From Nemertoderma westbladi (Eukaryota; Animalia; Xenacoelomorpha), in assembly GCA_032718475.1 (NCBI GenBank), contig JAUCBJ010007163.1, forward strand, positions 1-64,000: 64,000 nucleotides of DNA, in the 5' to 3' direction. Positions 48,201-62,500 of the stretch are shown here, piece after piece (positions within the stretch are counted from its first letter, which is position 1; every line of letters starts with the position of its first letter). The position numbers and the translations under genes are program-made. The notes under the pieces were generated by a model. The model saw nothing but the letters and a program-made list of their open reading frames with translations, was not told the origin of the DNA and made no database searches.

Positions 48201-50371
48201 TGTTTAGGCCTACTCTATGCAATCACTCAACCAATCAGAGCGATTCTCTTGCTTTTACACAGAAACCTCCGAGAAATCGCGCAATGCATTACGGTTTATG
48301 TTTACCTTTTTCCTTATGCCACGAAGACCGGCTTTGGAATCTTTGTGTTTTCAGGCTTTAGCCCAACATTAGTAGGCTTAATTATAGAACGTATATCTGT
48401 TATCAATACTCAATTCTATCTCGGTATCAATCACTTAACATATCATATCATATCTTAACATTTATACTGCTATTTACTGTCGGTTATTCATTATATCAGT
48501 TGATGGAATATTATATTTGGAATATCGATAAATAATAACAAACCCTCAATCTTCTTGATATGCTGAAGGTAAGAGAGACCGGTTACATATAACGATTGCG
48601 ACTTACATTAAAGTGGTTTTGAAGTGAATCTAATGCTATTTCATAAGCACTACAAGTATCAGTCATTGTTCTCTTTATATGTGACTAAAATTAGTGAAGG
48701 TCGGCAGATTGGTGTGCAGTATTGTGCAGTAGCGTGTATAATTGAGACTGATAACAAAGCATATCCTAAAGAATGCACCATATACGTGAATCTATAGCCA
48801 TCCAGTTGTGTCTAGTTTAAGTCATAGCTCTGTTTACATATTTAGAGCGCCACGTCCTAAAGGAACTATTAATATTTCCCGAAAGTGAATAATATTTGTC
48901 AGAGATTATATATTACGATCAGTTGAATAATACAGTAGGCTTACACCGCAATAAGATTAAGCCCACGAATCCAGTCTCCCGGGTATATCCAGCGGGTGAA
49001 TGGTCGCGCATAGACTGGCTTCGGCTAATGTAGTGTATCCAATACTCGTCATAGGCTAAAGTCATAGGCTTAGTTTATTCCTACAGTAATTGTGCTTGTT
49101 ATATATACCGTTATAGTTAAACTAACCCCGGTACTACATCAGGGCTGCTCGGCGTAGGTAAAGACTGGTGATTTTGTGCACCAGTCACTCCAGCAGATGC
49201 CGTGGTTCTTTTAGCTGTACAAGTATTTCTAACTACTGATTATTTGTTGTACAAGTACTTGTACCTAATTTAGGGTTTAGTGTACAGTGCTTTCCGAAGG
49301 TAATTAGTGTGTAGGCAGTATATTTGTGTTGTAAAGTGGTTAATAGGCACGTTGGTTCTGGTAGACCGCGGTAATTAACTTCCAGGTAGGAACACTCTGT
49401 GATACATAACGTAGTACCTATAGCGATATGGCTATAGGTCGTCAGACGGTGGTATTTTCCTATCTGGACAACGCAGTGTCCAGTAGTAAATCTACTTATT
49501 ATTTTCAAATACCGTAGTATCCTGTCCGTTTGTAATAACCAGATTTCTAACCCTTTGTTAGGCTGGTTTGTAGACTTCTTGTAAAATTACCCTAAAAATT
49601 CGTATTTGTGTTTTTTGTAATTTTTGTGTTTATTTAGAGATTGTAATCTCACCCAGAATTGTACGTAATTTGTAGTAATAAGTAACTTAGGTAAATTAGA
49701 ATTATTTGTTTTAGTGTCCAACAAGTAGCACTTCACTGAGAGCGAACAGCTTCTGTGTAGTGACTCCTTCCCAGAAATAATAACATTTATTTCAAATATT
49801 GACAAAACCCATTAAACGGGTATATATATTATAAATCAATTCAAACGATTTATAAATAGTAGGCCTGCCATACAACAATTAGGTCTCAATATCAGTTGGA
49901 CTACTGCTCAGATAACGGTAATAAAGTAAGTAAAGTAACCAAGTAACCCCTAAAATTCAGAAATTCAATTATTTAAAATAATTGATATACCGGTATTTAC
50001 GATAGGCCTATTATCTTTATTTCTATAAATTTAGGCTGAAATTATACCGGTATTCTGTAATTAATTCTAGTCCAGAATTATACTTATATATACTATAAGT
50101 GTAGGCTGTATACCGGTATTCATGATAGGCCTATTATATATTTATATATATTTGTGCTAAAATTATATACAGGTATTCTGAGACAAACCTAGTCTGTAAT
50201 AATACTTATATATATACTATAAGCATACCGGTATTCTAATATATTATATATATATCACGCTACACTGAGTAGCAGTATCGGTAATTAATTACTAGGCTTA
50301 CAGTTAATACTGAATTACTAGACTTGCTTAGACTGTAATATAGCAGTAGGCATTCAACTGTGCAAACAAAC

Positions 50372-53300
50372 ATGTCTGATACTAAGCAGAACCTGTCAGA
50401 CAGTATATTAGATGTAACTATCTGCGACTCAGATAGGGGTGTGGAACCGTCTAGATCTAAGTTCAGTTCACCTCCTACTGTGAGGAAGGTCATCCCTCCT
50501 ATAGTAATATCAGACCCTAGGCTAATCCAACACCGTAGGTCTATCATCGGTACTCGGGCCCAAGTTAAGCGGGATCAAGAAGCAGCTGTCAAACAGCAGC
50601 AACCTCCTAGCCAAGAACCTAGTTCTCAGCGGCCCGAGAGCTCCAGTAATTCGGATACTGTTGAGCTAACGCCCGAACGCGGAGCGAAGATAGCGGATAC
50701 GGTTTATTCGGATCCCCTTCTCATCCTTCCTGCAGCCGTACTCGCTGGGGTATTGATTGCGGTAGAGGAACACCAGATTGATTGGGCGAGATATAAACAA
50801 ACGACCAAGGACAGTTATGCGGGATATACACGGGAAGAATTGAAGTCTATTGTCGAGTCGCAATGGAGCTTTCCCGGACCCGGACTACCGTTTGACTTAT
50901 CGGAAGCTGCTTGGGAAGACATACACAGGATGGGAGTAACAAAGGAAACCATCGATCCAGCTGTATGGAAGAGGTCAGCAGCCGGATACGTGCAGGGATT
51001 CTTCAGCTCTATGGAGCGATTAGAAGAACAACTGTTTAGACAACCACAAGGACCTCAAGAGCAGGGAGAGCTGCTTTATCAAGTTAGAGAAAGAATTCTA
51101 AGAATCAGACTAATCTTATCTGCCTTTGAGGAGGCTTCGAAAAGAAAGCAAGACACGTCGTTGCAAGTTGCCGTAAAGACTTGGTTACAGCGGGTGAGTC
51201 TCCAAGTTCAAAGAGCTGCCCCATGGAAATCGCAGTTAGATGAGCGCTCAACACTTGGAGAATCCACAGACGCTACCTTTTCCCAAGTGGAAAGTGAAGC
51301 GACAGCAGAGAAACCACATAAGAGGGATGCTATTGACATCTATCTGTCAGACTATCAACGTTTTGTAGGGGACGAAGAGTTGAGAAGACGGCTGGATGGA
51401 CTTAGCCCTAATAGTGAAGGAGCCAAGCTTGTGTTGGACGCAATCGATGCGGATAGGTTAGCTGCGAACCAAGCTAAATTTGATGAACAACTCCGCATCA
51501 CTAGAGTACAAGAAGAACAAGTAAAGAAAAAACGTATAGAAGACAGAAAGAAAGCGGCAGTAGCAGCGGCAGAGGCAGAAGCGGAAAGAAAAGCAGCCGA
51601 AGTGGAAAGAAAAGCAGCAGAGGCAGAAGCAGAATGGAGAGCAGCTGAAGAGACCACCCAACTAGAGTTGGAAAATCTCCAAGAGAGGCAAGACAACATC
51701 AATAAACAATTAACAGCTAGTAATATGCAGATGATGAATCGATCTACTTCCAAAAGACAGGGATATACATCATCTGAGGAAGGCGATACCACCGATGCTG
51801 AAGGCGGAGGAAATAGATCTCGTCTAAGCAGACGTAGAAGAACATCTCACCGTCAGAAATTGCCTGATTTGCCCCCAGCTGTTAAAAGACAACTAACTAG
51901 CGCAGGCTTAGGTAGTACAGAACCCACAGACCAAATAATTAAAAGAGAAAGACTCCCTACTATAGTAAATGAGCCTGAAATAATTAGGCCTGTTCTTGAA
52001 ATCACCCCTTCGGTGATAGAGACACCTGTGCTCCCTGAACCTACCTTTAAATTCCCTTTACACAGCACCAAATTATCCTTGCCTAGAGGAGCAGCCCCTG
52101 AAACAGTGTCGGTCCTGGACTCCGAGCGAAATATAAAAGATATATCGCCCGTAGTCCCTTGTCTGCCCGCTACGACGTTGGGGGATCCCGCTTCGGCGGT
52201 TGATTGGGTAGACGAGAGACGGCGGGGGATGGACATTCTCCTCGGAGAGATGAAGGAGAATCGAGTGCGCTCCTCCCAACAGGTCCGAGAGTTAGAAGGG
52301 ACTGTTCAACATTTAAAGGGAACCGTAAAGGAAAGTAGGTTAGAGTTGCAAGAAGTGCAGCAAAGTATCGCGCTAGAACGCGATAAATTAGTAAATTTAC
52401 AAAAGGGTATACCACCACCCTCTGTAACAATGTGTCAGCCCGTTAGGTCTGAAGTATCTCATGCGCAAGGTGTGGAGCCTACACGCATCTATACTGCTAG
52501 CGAAGTGGAAACTCCTATAGTAAACCCTATTAAGAGTAATTATAAACCTGTTGACAATGATATCCCATATAGACTTGATAATAATCCGAGAAATTTATAT
52601 ACCGATAACTCGATATTAAATAACACGATGGCCCAAGAAAATTTCACGCGTCAAATGGCTAGAACCGAAGCCCGTCAAGCGGTAAAGGTGGGAGAGATCG
52701 CCAAGTTCAATGGAGATGAGATGAAATGGTTACCTTTTAATGAATATTATAAAGATAACATACAGAACTCTGTGTTGTCTAATGGAGAGAAACTTAGATT
52801 CCTCATCGAGTGCTTGGAAGGATCTCCCAAGTCAATGGCGTTAAAGTTTATTGGACATCCAGACGGATTAAGACAAGTTTGGGATACACTAAACATCAGG
52901 TATGGTAATAGGAATAACATAGCTAAATATTTGTATGCAAAATTAGTAGCGCCCCGAAAGTTCATTAGCAGCGGGATAATACAGTTTTCCGATGAGATTC
53001 AAGAGATCTGTAGACAATTAGATTGGCTAGGTAAGTCTCATGAGTATCAGAGTTCTATGGTTATTGGAGCTGTGGCTTCTACTTTACCGAAGGGTGGAGT
53101 AGGTACACGATGGGATAAGAAAGTGTTATATATGATGGAACAACAACGACGAGACCCTACCATGGCTGATCTCATGTCATTCTTGGATGGAGAAGTGAAA
53201 TTACAACTCCTAAAGCAGTCCAGAGAGAAGACACCGGAAAACAAGATAAGTGAGAAACCCGTTTCTAGGAGAAAGGTAACACCAGTGTGTTATACCGACG

Positions 53301-54224
53301 ACGGCGAAAGCCAGACTTCTCAAGGAGAGGACAGCGGGAAAGACACTGAAAGATCTTATTATGTCAATAAAACGCCGAAAGATCAGGTAAGTAAATTCAA
53401 GTCTCGAACCAATGACAGGAGAGAACCGTTAAGAAAAACTCCTCCTACGTCTCCTAAGAGAATTCAGGTAAGAAAGCCCGAAGAAAGAACGAGTGTGCAC
53501 AATGTTATTCAAAACAAGGTAAGTAACATCAAACTGAAATGTGTGCTATGTGACGGGACCCACCGTTTGAATATGTGTGATGAATTCCTAAAGAAATCAT
53601 TAACGGAGAGATGAGAAGTCATGTGGGATAAGCGGTTGTGTTATAATTGCCTCAGACAAGGACACCAACAGCGAACCTGTTACTCTGACACGAGGTGTGC
53701 AAAGTGCGGTGCAAAGCATCATATCTTGTTTCACACTGAATTCGAGCGAAACAGCCAGGGTCAGGTGAGTGATTCCGAATTACATGTCCAATTCAGTGAT
53801 GTGAACGACACTGACCAAAGTTCTGAGATGGAAGGATTCTATACGGACGAGTTCTCCGACGAAAACGAATCCTGTTACATGATAAATACCGCAGTGTATC
53901 AAGCACTCATGTATGAAAAAGACCCAGACAGCGACCTCACCCTAACTACTTCTGATCAACAACCATCTTGGAAAGCGCCAACTTCCAATGTAGGGATCCG
54001 AGAATTTCCTGTAGTCCAGTTACGGGTCCACGGACCTCAAAGGAGTTATATAGTAAATGCCCTCCTTGACTCCGGTAGCACAGGAACATTCATCGACAAA
54101 GAACTAGCCGAGGACATCTTTGCTGGACAACCCAAATACCGAACTAAGCTAAACATGTCAGGAATAATGCAGGTTTGGAAATCTACAGTAATAGCGGATT
54201 ATTACGTAGGTGCGTTGTCCACAC
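50372..54224 (+). pseudogene. Copy D Gag-protease with one in-frame TGA
   Basis: Homologous to the copy A ORF from MSDT. TGA at 53612-53614 aligns with Arg in copy A. ALLDSGSTGTFI present. Confidence 0.92.
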
Positions 54225-57200
54225 TCTTATGTCTCCTCTCCACGATCTAGAGGCCTAATCGCTAAACTCTGTCTTCTGTCTCTGGCTGGGGATATTGAGA
54301 CCAACCCAGGACCCAGCAGGACGCGGGCCCCGAAGATCAACTGTCCCGTCTGTCAACGAGGAACAAACTCTCGGAGTAAGATCGTCCAATGCGAGAGTTG
54401 TGACACATTTGTACATTTAAAATGTTACCGTAGGAAACGCAGTAATTTATTCTCCACCAGAAACAATCTTGAACCAAGTTTTCTCTGCAATAGCTGTATT
54501 TTTACCGAACTTCCCTTTCATGATACAATTTTAGAATCAGAAACCGACGATTCATTTCTCACATCGCCTCTACAAACTCCAAGTGATGCTGAGAGTGAAA
54601 CTTTTAATTTTTTTAAGAAAAAAGGTCTGCATTTTTTGCATTTAAACGCACGATCTCTGCTTCCAAAACTTTCCGAAATTCGTATTTTAATCAATAAATC
54701 CAACCCAGCAGTTTTAACAATCTCTGAAACTTGGCTCGATGATAGTGTTTCTGATGGAGAAATTTATATTGATAATTACGTAGTTTTACGTAAGGATAGG
54801 GACAGACACGGTGGTGGTGTCTGTACTTACATTCGATGTGATTTAGCTTTTAATAGTAGGGAAGATTTAGAGACTTGTGACGAAGTTTTACTGGTGGAAC
54901 TTTTACTTCCTAAAACTAAACCTATTTTAATCGGTACTTTATATCGGCCCCCTAAACAATCAGATTTTTTGCAAAATTTTGAAAAAACAATTTTATGTAA
55001 TCTTAGGTCAGACTGTGAAATATATTTCTTAGGTGATTTTAATATCTGTTACCATCACAAAGCATCCCCCATCTGTAAACAGTACCAAAGTATTTTAAAT
55101 TTGTTTGGTTTAAAACAAATTATTCGAGATTCTACCAGAATTACCAGTAAAACTTCTACTTTACTAGATCACATCCTTTGTAATAATACCGATATTATTT
55201 CTCAATCTGGGGTTTTACCTATAGGTCTAAGCGATCATATTATAGTTTTTTGCACAAGAAAGACACAAAAATCTTTTTTCGGGGATCATAAAACAGTAAC
55301 AGTTAGGTCTATGAAAAATTACAGCAAGGAACGCTTTTTAAGTTTGTTAGTTAATTCTGACTGGGAACCCTGTTTTAAGGCCGCTGACATTAACCTTGCG
55401 TACACTGTTTTTAAAGATATTTTTAAAGGCACTTAATACTGTAGCACCAATTAAAGAAATTAGTCTTAAACAACGCACTGAGCCCTGGATGACCTCGGGT
55501 ATTCTTAGTAATATCAGAGAAAGAGATAACTATTTGTATAAATTTAGGAAATACCGTGTTTTAGCTGATTATAATAATTACTGCAAATATAGAAACCTTG
55601 TCCAACGGGAAATAAAAAAAGCTAAATCTGAATATTTGTACAACAAAATAAGTGAGAATAAAGATAATCCTAAAAGTCTATGGTCTACCCTAAAATCTTT
55701 AGGTTATAAAAACCTTAAATCTAAATCGAATATTGTTCTGCAAGATAACGGTGAGCTGATTCATGATCATACTCTAGTTAGTAATTTATTTAATAATTAT
55801 TTTACTAATGTTGCCTCTAATTTAGTTAAGAAGTTACCGTTATCAAGTAATAAATATAGTATAGGGTCCGAAACTCTAAACAATTTTTATTTAGAAAAGT
55901 TACAAAATTCAGAAAAGTTATTTTTAAAACCCGTTTCTGAGGATTTCGTTTTTAAAAATCTACTTAGCCTATCAGCCTCAAAAAGTACCGGTCTAGACCT
56001 AATACCTGCCCGTTTTCTTAAGGATGGTGCTGAAGTACTTAAAGTGCCTATTACTTTTATTATTAATTACTCTATCGTAGATAATGTAGTACCAGACGAA
56101 CTGAAATTAGCTAAGGTTGTTCCTCTGTATAAAAATAATAGTAAAGTAGAACCCTGTAATTACAGACCTGTTAGTATCTTAAGTATTGTATCTAAAATTT
56201 TAGAACGTTCTGTTTTTCTACAGCTGGAGGCACATCTTAGTAGGCTAAATCTGATCTATGAACTTCAGTCCGGTTTTCGTAAATCATATTCTACAGACAC
56301 CTGCCTTATTAACTTAACTGATACAATTAGATGTAATAATGCAAAGGGTTTATATACTGGTATGGTAATGTTGGACCTACAAAAGGCTTTCGATACTGTA
56401 GATCACGAAATTCTGCTTGGTAAGTTAGGCCTGATGGGTGTAGGTTCTATAGACTGGTTCAAGTCCTACCTGTCAGACAGAGGTCAAACTGTAGTCATTA
56501 GCAAATCGCAGTCTACTGTACAAGAGATTACCTGTGGTGTACCGCAAGGTAGTATATTAGGTCCTCTGCTTTTTGTATGCTATGTAAATGATATGATAAG
56601 TAGTATAGGTCCCGATTTTAAACTCATTTTATATGCCGACGACAGTGCTCTTATTTTCTCTCATAAAGATCCTATCCATATTTCCCAAAAGTTAAGTGCA
56701 GTTCTAGAATCCTGTAATGAGTGGTTGGTTGATAATAAGCTATCCATTCACTACGGTAAGACTGAAAGTATTTTGTTTGGTTCCAAAAGAAAGTTAAAGA
56801 AGGTAACTAAGTTTGAAGTCACTAGTAATGGACATAAGATTGAAAATAAAAAGGAAGTTAAATATTTAGGCGCCACATTGGATAACTGCTTATCAGGAGA
56901 AAGCATAGTGAAAAATATTTTCTCGAAAGTTAACAGTAGGCTTAGGTTTCTATACAGAAATAAAAATAGTTTAAACACCGACTCCCGCAAGTTACTTTGC
57001 TCTTCTTTAATACAGTGTCACATGGACTATGCGTGCTCTTCTTGGTATGAAGGCTTAACCAAACAGCTTAAATGTAAATTACAAGTAGCTCAGAATAAAG
57101 TAGTACGATTTATTAAAGACTACAAACCTAGGCACCACCTAACTCCAGATGACTTTTCTGAATCTGGACTACTTAACTTAGATAGTAGAGTTAAGCAGCT

Positions 57201-57825
57201 ACGCCTTAACCATGTGCATAAAGTGTATAATGGTAAATGTCCCAATTACCTAAAACAAAAATTCAACAGAGTACGCGATACACACTCTTACAGTACCAGA
57301 GCTAGTGCTTCAAACTTCTACCTCCCGAATTGTAAATCCTTTGAATCTGATACTTTCTTTTTTAACGGTATTAAAAATTGGAACGCTCTGCCTAATGAAA
57401 TTAAAAACCTAGATAATCAACATTCTTTTAAATCTGCAGTTAAATCTCATCTCCGTGTGCAATGTAAAAATAGGTACAATAGTCCTACAGTAAGTTATTA
57501 GTTTATTAATTATTTACTATTTATACTGTAATTACGTTTTATAATAAATTGTTCTGTACATTACATCTTTATCGTTGAGTCGGGCATTGTCACGCTCTCG
57601 GTAAAGTTGTACATGTACATAGTGTAATTACGTTTTATATTGGTTTTAGGTTAGCGTAGTGTAATATTGTATTTGTAACCAAATAACATAAAGGACCCCC
57701 TTGGAAATAAGCTGCAAAGCTTTAGGGGTAATCCTATATGTTATGTTGGACAATACCTTTATACCGGTACATTGTTTGGTGTATTTGTTATTGTTTTTAC
57801 ATAATGTATAAATAAATCTATCTAA
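54225..57825 (+). mobile_element. 5'-truncated CR1/Crack-type LINE (2A-like motif, PHD, APE, RT)
   Basis: LLSLAGDIETNPGP, PHD-like C4HC3, [43 protein letters not shown]. One frameshift near 55425. 3' UTR stem-loop, AATAAA and TCTA tail. Flanking repeat CCACAC at 54219-54224 and 57826-57831. Confidence 0.93.
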
Positions 57826-60800
57826 CCACACCCCAGGATGAACTAGGAGAACATAGTATAAGGTCAGTAAAAATGGTGGCGATAAAGAACTTCGCTACCA
57901 GCCAAGTGGAACCTTATAACTGGGATGAGGACGATTTCACCCAGCACCTTAAAATACCTAGATTCAACACCGATTACCCTGGAGTGCAAATACTCATCGG
58001 TCAAAACGCGCATGAAGCGCTCGAGACATTGGAGAAACGGCCCGCTCAGCCGCAACCATTACAAGCTTATGCGGGAAGAACCAGAGTGGGTTGGTACTTT
58101 ACTGGCCCTTCCCGTAGAACTCTCATGGAAAGATTACCGAAAGATCAGGTATATCAAGTACGAGAATGGGAAGTTGAGAACAGTGAGTTAGACGATCCAA
58201 CTGAGGGAACTCCATACTCCTCAGACAACGACGATATACACCAACTCTTCGATGAGGAGAATACAATAGATCTCCTTACGGAAAACGAGACTTGGCAAAA
58301 CCAAGTAAACTTATGTCAGCTCATTCGTCCATCGGAACGAGACGACTATAATGACGAACTGAATGACGTCATTGAACGTTATAATGCCAAAACTCGGGAT
58401 GAACACGCCGTACGATTCTTTACTCAAGAGGCTGTAGAGCCCAATTCGTACGATAAGGCCCTATCGGTAGAAGAAGAAAGAGCCAAGCAGATCCAAGAGA
58501 CAACTACCCGTTTTCTGAAAGATCAAGGTAGATATGAAATCGGTTTACCTTTCCGAAAGCGAGAACCAAAGTTCATCAACAACAGACCCTTGGCGGAGAA
58601 AAGAATTGCTCAACTACATCGACGCCTTACGGCAAATTCTTCAGCTAAAGAAATGTATCAAACGCAGTTGAAGAAATTCATTAGCAAGGGATATGCGGAG
58701 CGAGTACCGGAAGAAACACCTATAACTGAGAGAACGTATTATTTAACTCACCATTACGTTCCCAAACCCGGTAAACCTCACGAGGTACGAGTAGTGTTTG
58801 ACGGCTCCGCCCTCTACATGGGCCAATCCCTTAATTCCGAATTGTTACCCGGACCCAACTTACTCCAATCCTTGTTGGGAATACTTTTAAGATTAAGACA
58901 ATATTCAGTTGCTTTCGCCTCAGATATAGAAGGCATGTTCTTACAAGTCAAGGCACTGGATAGGGATCGAGATAGCCTACGATTTCTGTGGTGGCCTGAA
59001 GGAGACCTCAACCAGAAACCGGTGGAGTACTGGCTGACCATCCAGGCTTTTGGAATAATCTCAAGCCCTTCAAACGCCTGTTCAGTGGTGCGCACCACTG
59101 CGGATGACAATCGGGAAGCCTTCTCTAAAGAGGTGATCGACAATATCAAACGAGACATATACATGGACGATAATCTAAAGTCCCTTCCATCAGTCGAAGA
59201 AGCCATTGATGTCGCTAAAGGAACGGTAGAGTGTTTAAAAGGAGGTGGATTTCGATTAACTAAATTCACCAGCAACTCCCGTGAGTTTCTGGAATCGATC
59301 CCGGTGGAAGATCGAGGAACTAAAGACTTAGACCTAATCAAAGATGATCTTCCAGAAACCAAGACACTTGGTTTGAAATGGGACACCGAGAGGGATATCC
59401 TGTTTTTCCAGCTAAAACAGCGAGATAATCCAGTTCGAACTAAACGGATTTGTTTAAGTATCCTGAGCACTTATTTCGATCTATTGGGATTTATTAGCCC
59501 AGTTATATTAATTGCTCGGAGTTTAGTACAACAAATGTGGCTAGAAAACCACTCATGGGACGATCCACTTAAGGGAGAATTATTAAAGAAGTGGATGAAA
59601 TGGGAAGATTCTTTACCAGCCATCGAGAACTTTATAATTTCCCGTTCATATTTTGGTCATGTTCTCCCTATGTATTCCTATCAACTCCATGTGTTTGGAG
59701 ACGCCAGCGATATGGGAATAGGTATAGTAGCCTACCTAAGAGTGGAAACTCCAGACGGAATCAAGGTTGCCTTGGTTACCTCTAAGGCATTGATAAACAA
59801 CAAGTTGAAGGTTCCTCGAGCGGAGTTAAAAGCGGCTCTATACGCTACAGCCATCGGTCGGAATGTAACGGAACAGATCGATTATCCATTGGAGAAAACT
59901 GTCTATTGGACCGACGCTTTACTCGTGTTGGAGTATATAACCAATGAAGTCTGTCAGTTCAGCGTCTTCGTTACCAACAGAGTAGCCATTATACTTAGTC
60001 GCACGACGATGGTCCAATGGAGACATTGCCCCGGAACGATCAATCCAGCCGACATCTCCACAAGAGAGGGAGCAACTCCACAAGAACTGGTAGATACTTC
60101 AGACTGGTTAGGTGGACCCGACTTCCTGTACAAAGAAGAAGAAGAATGGCCTCCTCATCTTACTACAGCAGAGATTAGACAGGCCAAGGGAGTGGAGAAA
60201 GTTAAACCTAAAACTCGGGCGAGTAAATCGAAGTTATTTAAACCTATGGTAGACCTGTCCGTACTATATACTTCCGGAGACGACGCTTTGGATCAGAAAC
60301 CCACAGCCGCAAACAAGCAGGTTATGGAAATCCGTGAGAAGGATTGGAAATCTGGAATACCAGACGTTTCGCAAGGACTTTCACCTCTCCTGCAGAGAGC
60401 AATACATCACTACAGTTCCTGGAATCGGCTCTGTAAAGCCGTAACATATTTAAAACGATGTTTTCATCATCACTACTCCGGGAAGAAGACCAATAGTGAT
60501 ACAGCTCCACTGACATCGGTGCAAGTCCATGTTGTTAAAGATCTTCCCAAATATAAGATATCCGACAGGTTTCTGAAGGAGAAGATCAGTTATCAGGAGC
60601 ATGAAGAAACCAAAAAACAGATGCTGAGACTCCTGCAATGCTATGAGGATTCCAATAAGTATTTCCTGTTGTTGAGAAATCCACAGATGCGCTTAAGGGA
60701 TCGTTTCTCTAGCACAATGATAGATGGGTTGATACGTGTTGGAGGAAGATTAACGAATTATCCTTTGACACTAAGTTTCCCATACTCATTAGAAATCTTG

Positions 60801-62047
60801 AAATACAAGTCAAGATGATTGTAGATGTTCACAGCAAACTTTATCATGCTGGTAGAGAATGAGTTCTTAGCGAAATTCGAACTCGCTATTATTTCTACAA
60901 ACCCCGTAGAGCTCTGAACCAAGTTCTTAGGAACTGCATACCCTGTAGGAAAGCGTTCAGTAGGCCTTTAACACAGCGAGAGGCAGAATTACCTAGGGAA
61001 CGAGTAAGCTTCTATGAACCACCCTTTACTAATACCGGTGTAGATTTATTTGGCCCTATTGAAGTGTATCGTGCTAGAACTATAGTCAAGAGATGGTGTG
61101 TCATCTTTGTTTGTATGACTTGTAGAGCTATCCATCTCGATATGGTGAACGACTTGTCTACCAACAGCTTCCTATTAAACTTACGACGACAGATCGCTCG
61201 CTTTGGAACTAGTAACACAATGAGATCTGATAAGGGAACGAACTTCATTGGTTGCCAACAATGAAATCAAAGCTTACGTCAAGGATTGGAACCAAAGACA
61301 GGTGGATGATCAGCTAAGAGTAACAGCGTCTAGCTGGACCTTCAACGCCGCCGACGCCCCTTGGTGGGGAGGAAGTTGGGAGAGATTGATTAGAAGTGTG
61401 AAGGCCGCAATTCACTTTATAGTGCCGTGCCGTGCCGCGCGTATCTCACCGACGAACTTTTGCGGACGTTAATGGAGGAAATCGCCACCTATCTCAATGA
61501 GAGACCGCTTATGCCAGTCTCATCGAGTCCCGATTCCCTGGAAGCGCTAACACCCGCGCATTTCCTACTGAAGAAACCTGTAGCCATGCTCCCACAATCG
61601 GAAATCACAGACGGAGACGAATACTGCCGGCAAACTTGGCAACTTATGCAGTTGTTATCCCGTCGTTTCGCTGACCATTTCGAGAAACATTATCTGCCCA
61701 CGCTACAACTTCGAACTAAGTGGTTTGCGCAGCAAGAAAACGTCAGCGCTGGAGACATGGTCCTTATTGTAGATTCAGATCTTCCACGTAAGCGGTGGCA
61801 GACAGGTCGTATCATCGAGACTCACATCTCGGATGACGGTTTGGTGCGATCGGTAGAACTCGTCGTCATGCGACGTAACTTCAAGAAACCGGGAATTGTC
61901 TTTGAGACACAGCAGCTCAATCGCCCAGTTGGTCGTTTGTGTTTACTGGAAAGAGACAGAGAACTCTCCGGAAACTATGGAAGACAAGATACTCTTCCCA
62001 CGACCACCTCCCTAATCCAACAAACATCTAGGGACTCCCCAGCTTAG
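57826..62047 (+). pseudogene. Copy D pol: RT, RNase H (Peptidase_A17 region) and integrase, with frameshifts and stops in the integrase
   Basis: RVVFDGS, SLN..LLPGP, SDIEGMFLQV, YMDD, LHVFGDAS, PRAEL, WTD, NPAD, HAG...CIPC, GVDLFGP, SDKGTNF, APWWGGSWERL, LTPAHFL. Confidence 0.93.
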
Positions 62048-62368
62048 TAGCATCTGGAGTGGGTGTGTGACCATATTATTTTATATTCTTATTATTTTAT
62101 ACTTATGTATGCATTATTATGTAATTTTATTCTAATCGTTTTATTTAATTTTATTTAGTAGAATGTTATTTAGCGATTATTTAGTAGATTAGTGCAATAT
62201 ATATTCGCGTTTATTAATTTATTACTTATATATTATATATTTAGTGCGACGGCGAGAAATAATTCTTTTTTCTCTTTCCTTACTGTCCGTATTACATTAC
62301 AAATATGTAACTACAGTAAGATGAAATGTCCGTACTTATTAAAGTACAATAAAGCTCCTACTATATTC

Positions 62369-62500
62369 AAGTATTATTGGTAGGCAGAGTATTAGGAATG
62401 CAAAGTTCAGATCCTCGTGTCTCGGCTAAACCAAGCTCTGGGTAGACCTTGGAAACGACTTGCCTCTTCACACTGACATTGCTTCGTGCGATATTGCTCT
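62369..62500 (+). ncRNA. Candidate structured RNA element in the BEL 3' non-coding region (also 13879-14010 minus and 63896-64000 plus)
   Basis: About 132 nt identical between copies A and D although the flanks and gag are clearly diverged. Visible stems: AGGCAGAGT/ACTTGCCT, CCAAG..CTTGG, ACATTGC-TTCGT-GCGATAT. Confidence 0.5.
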
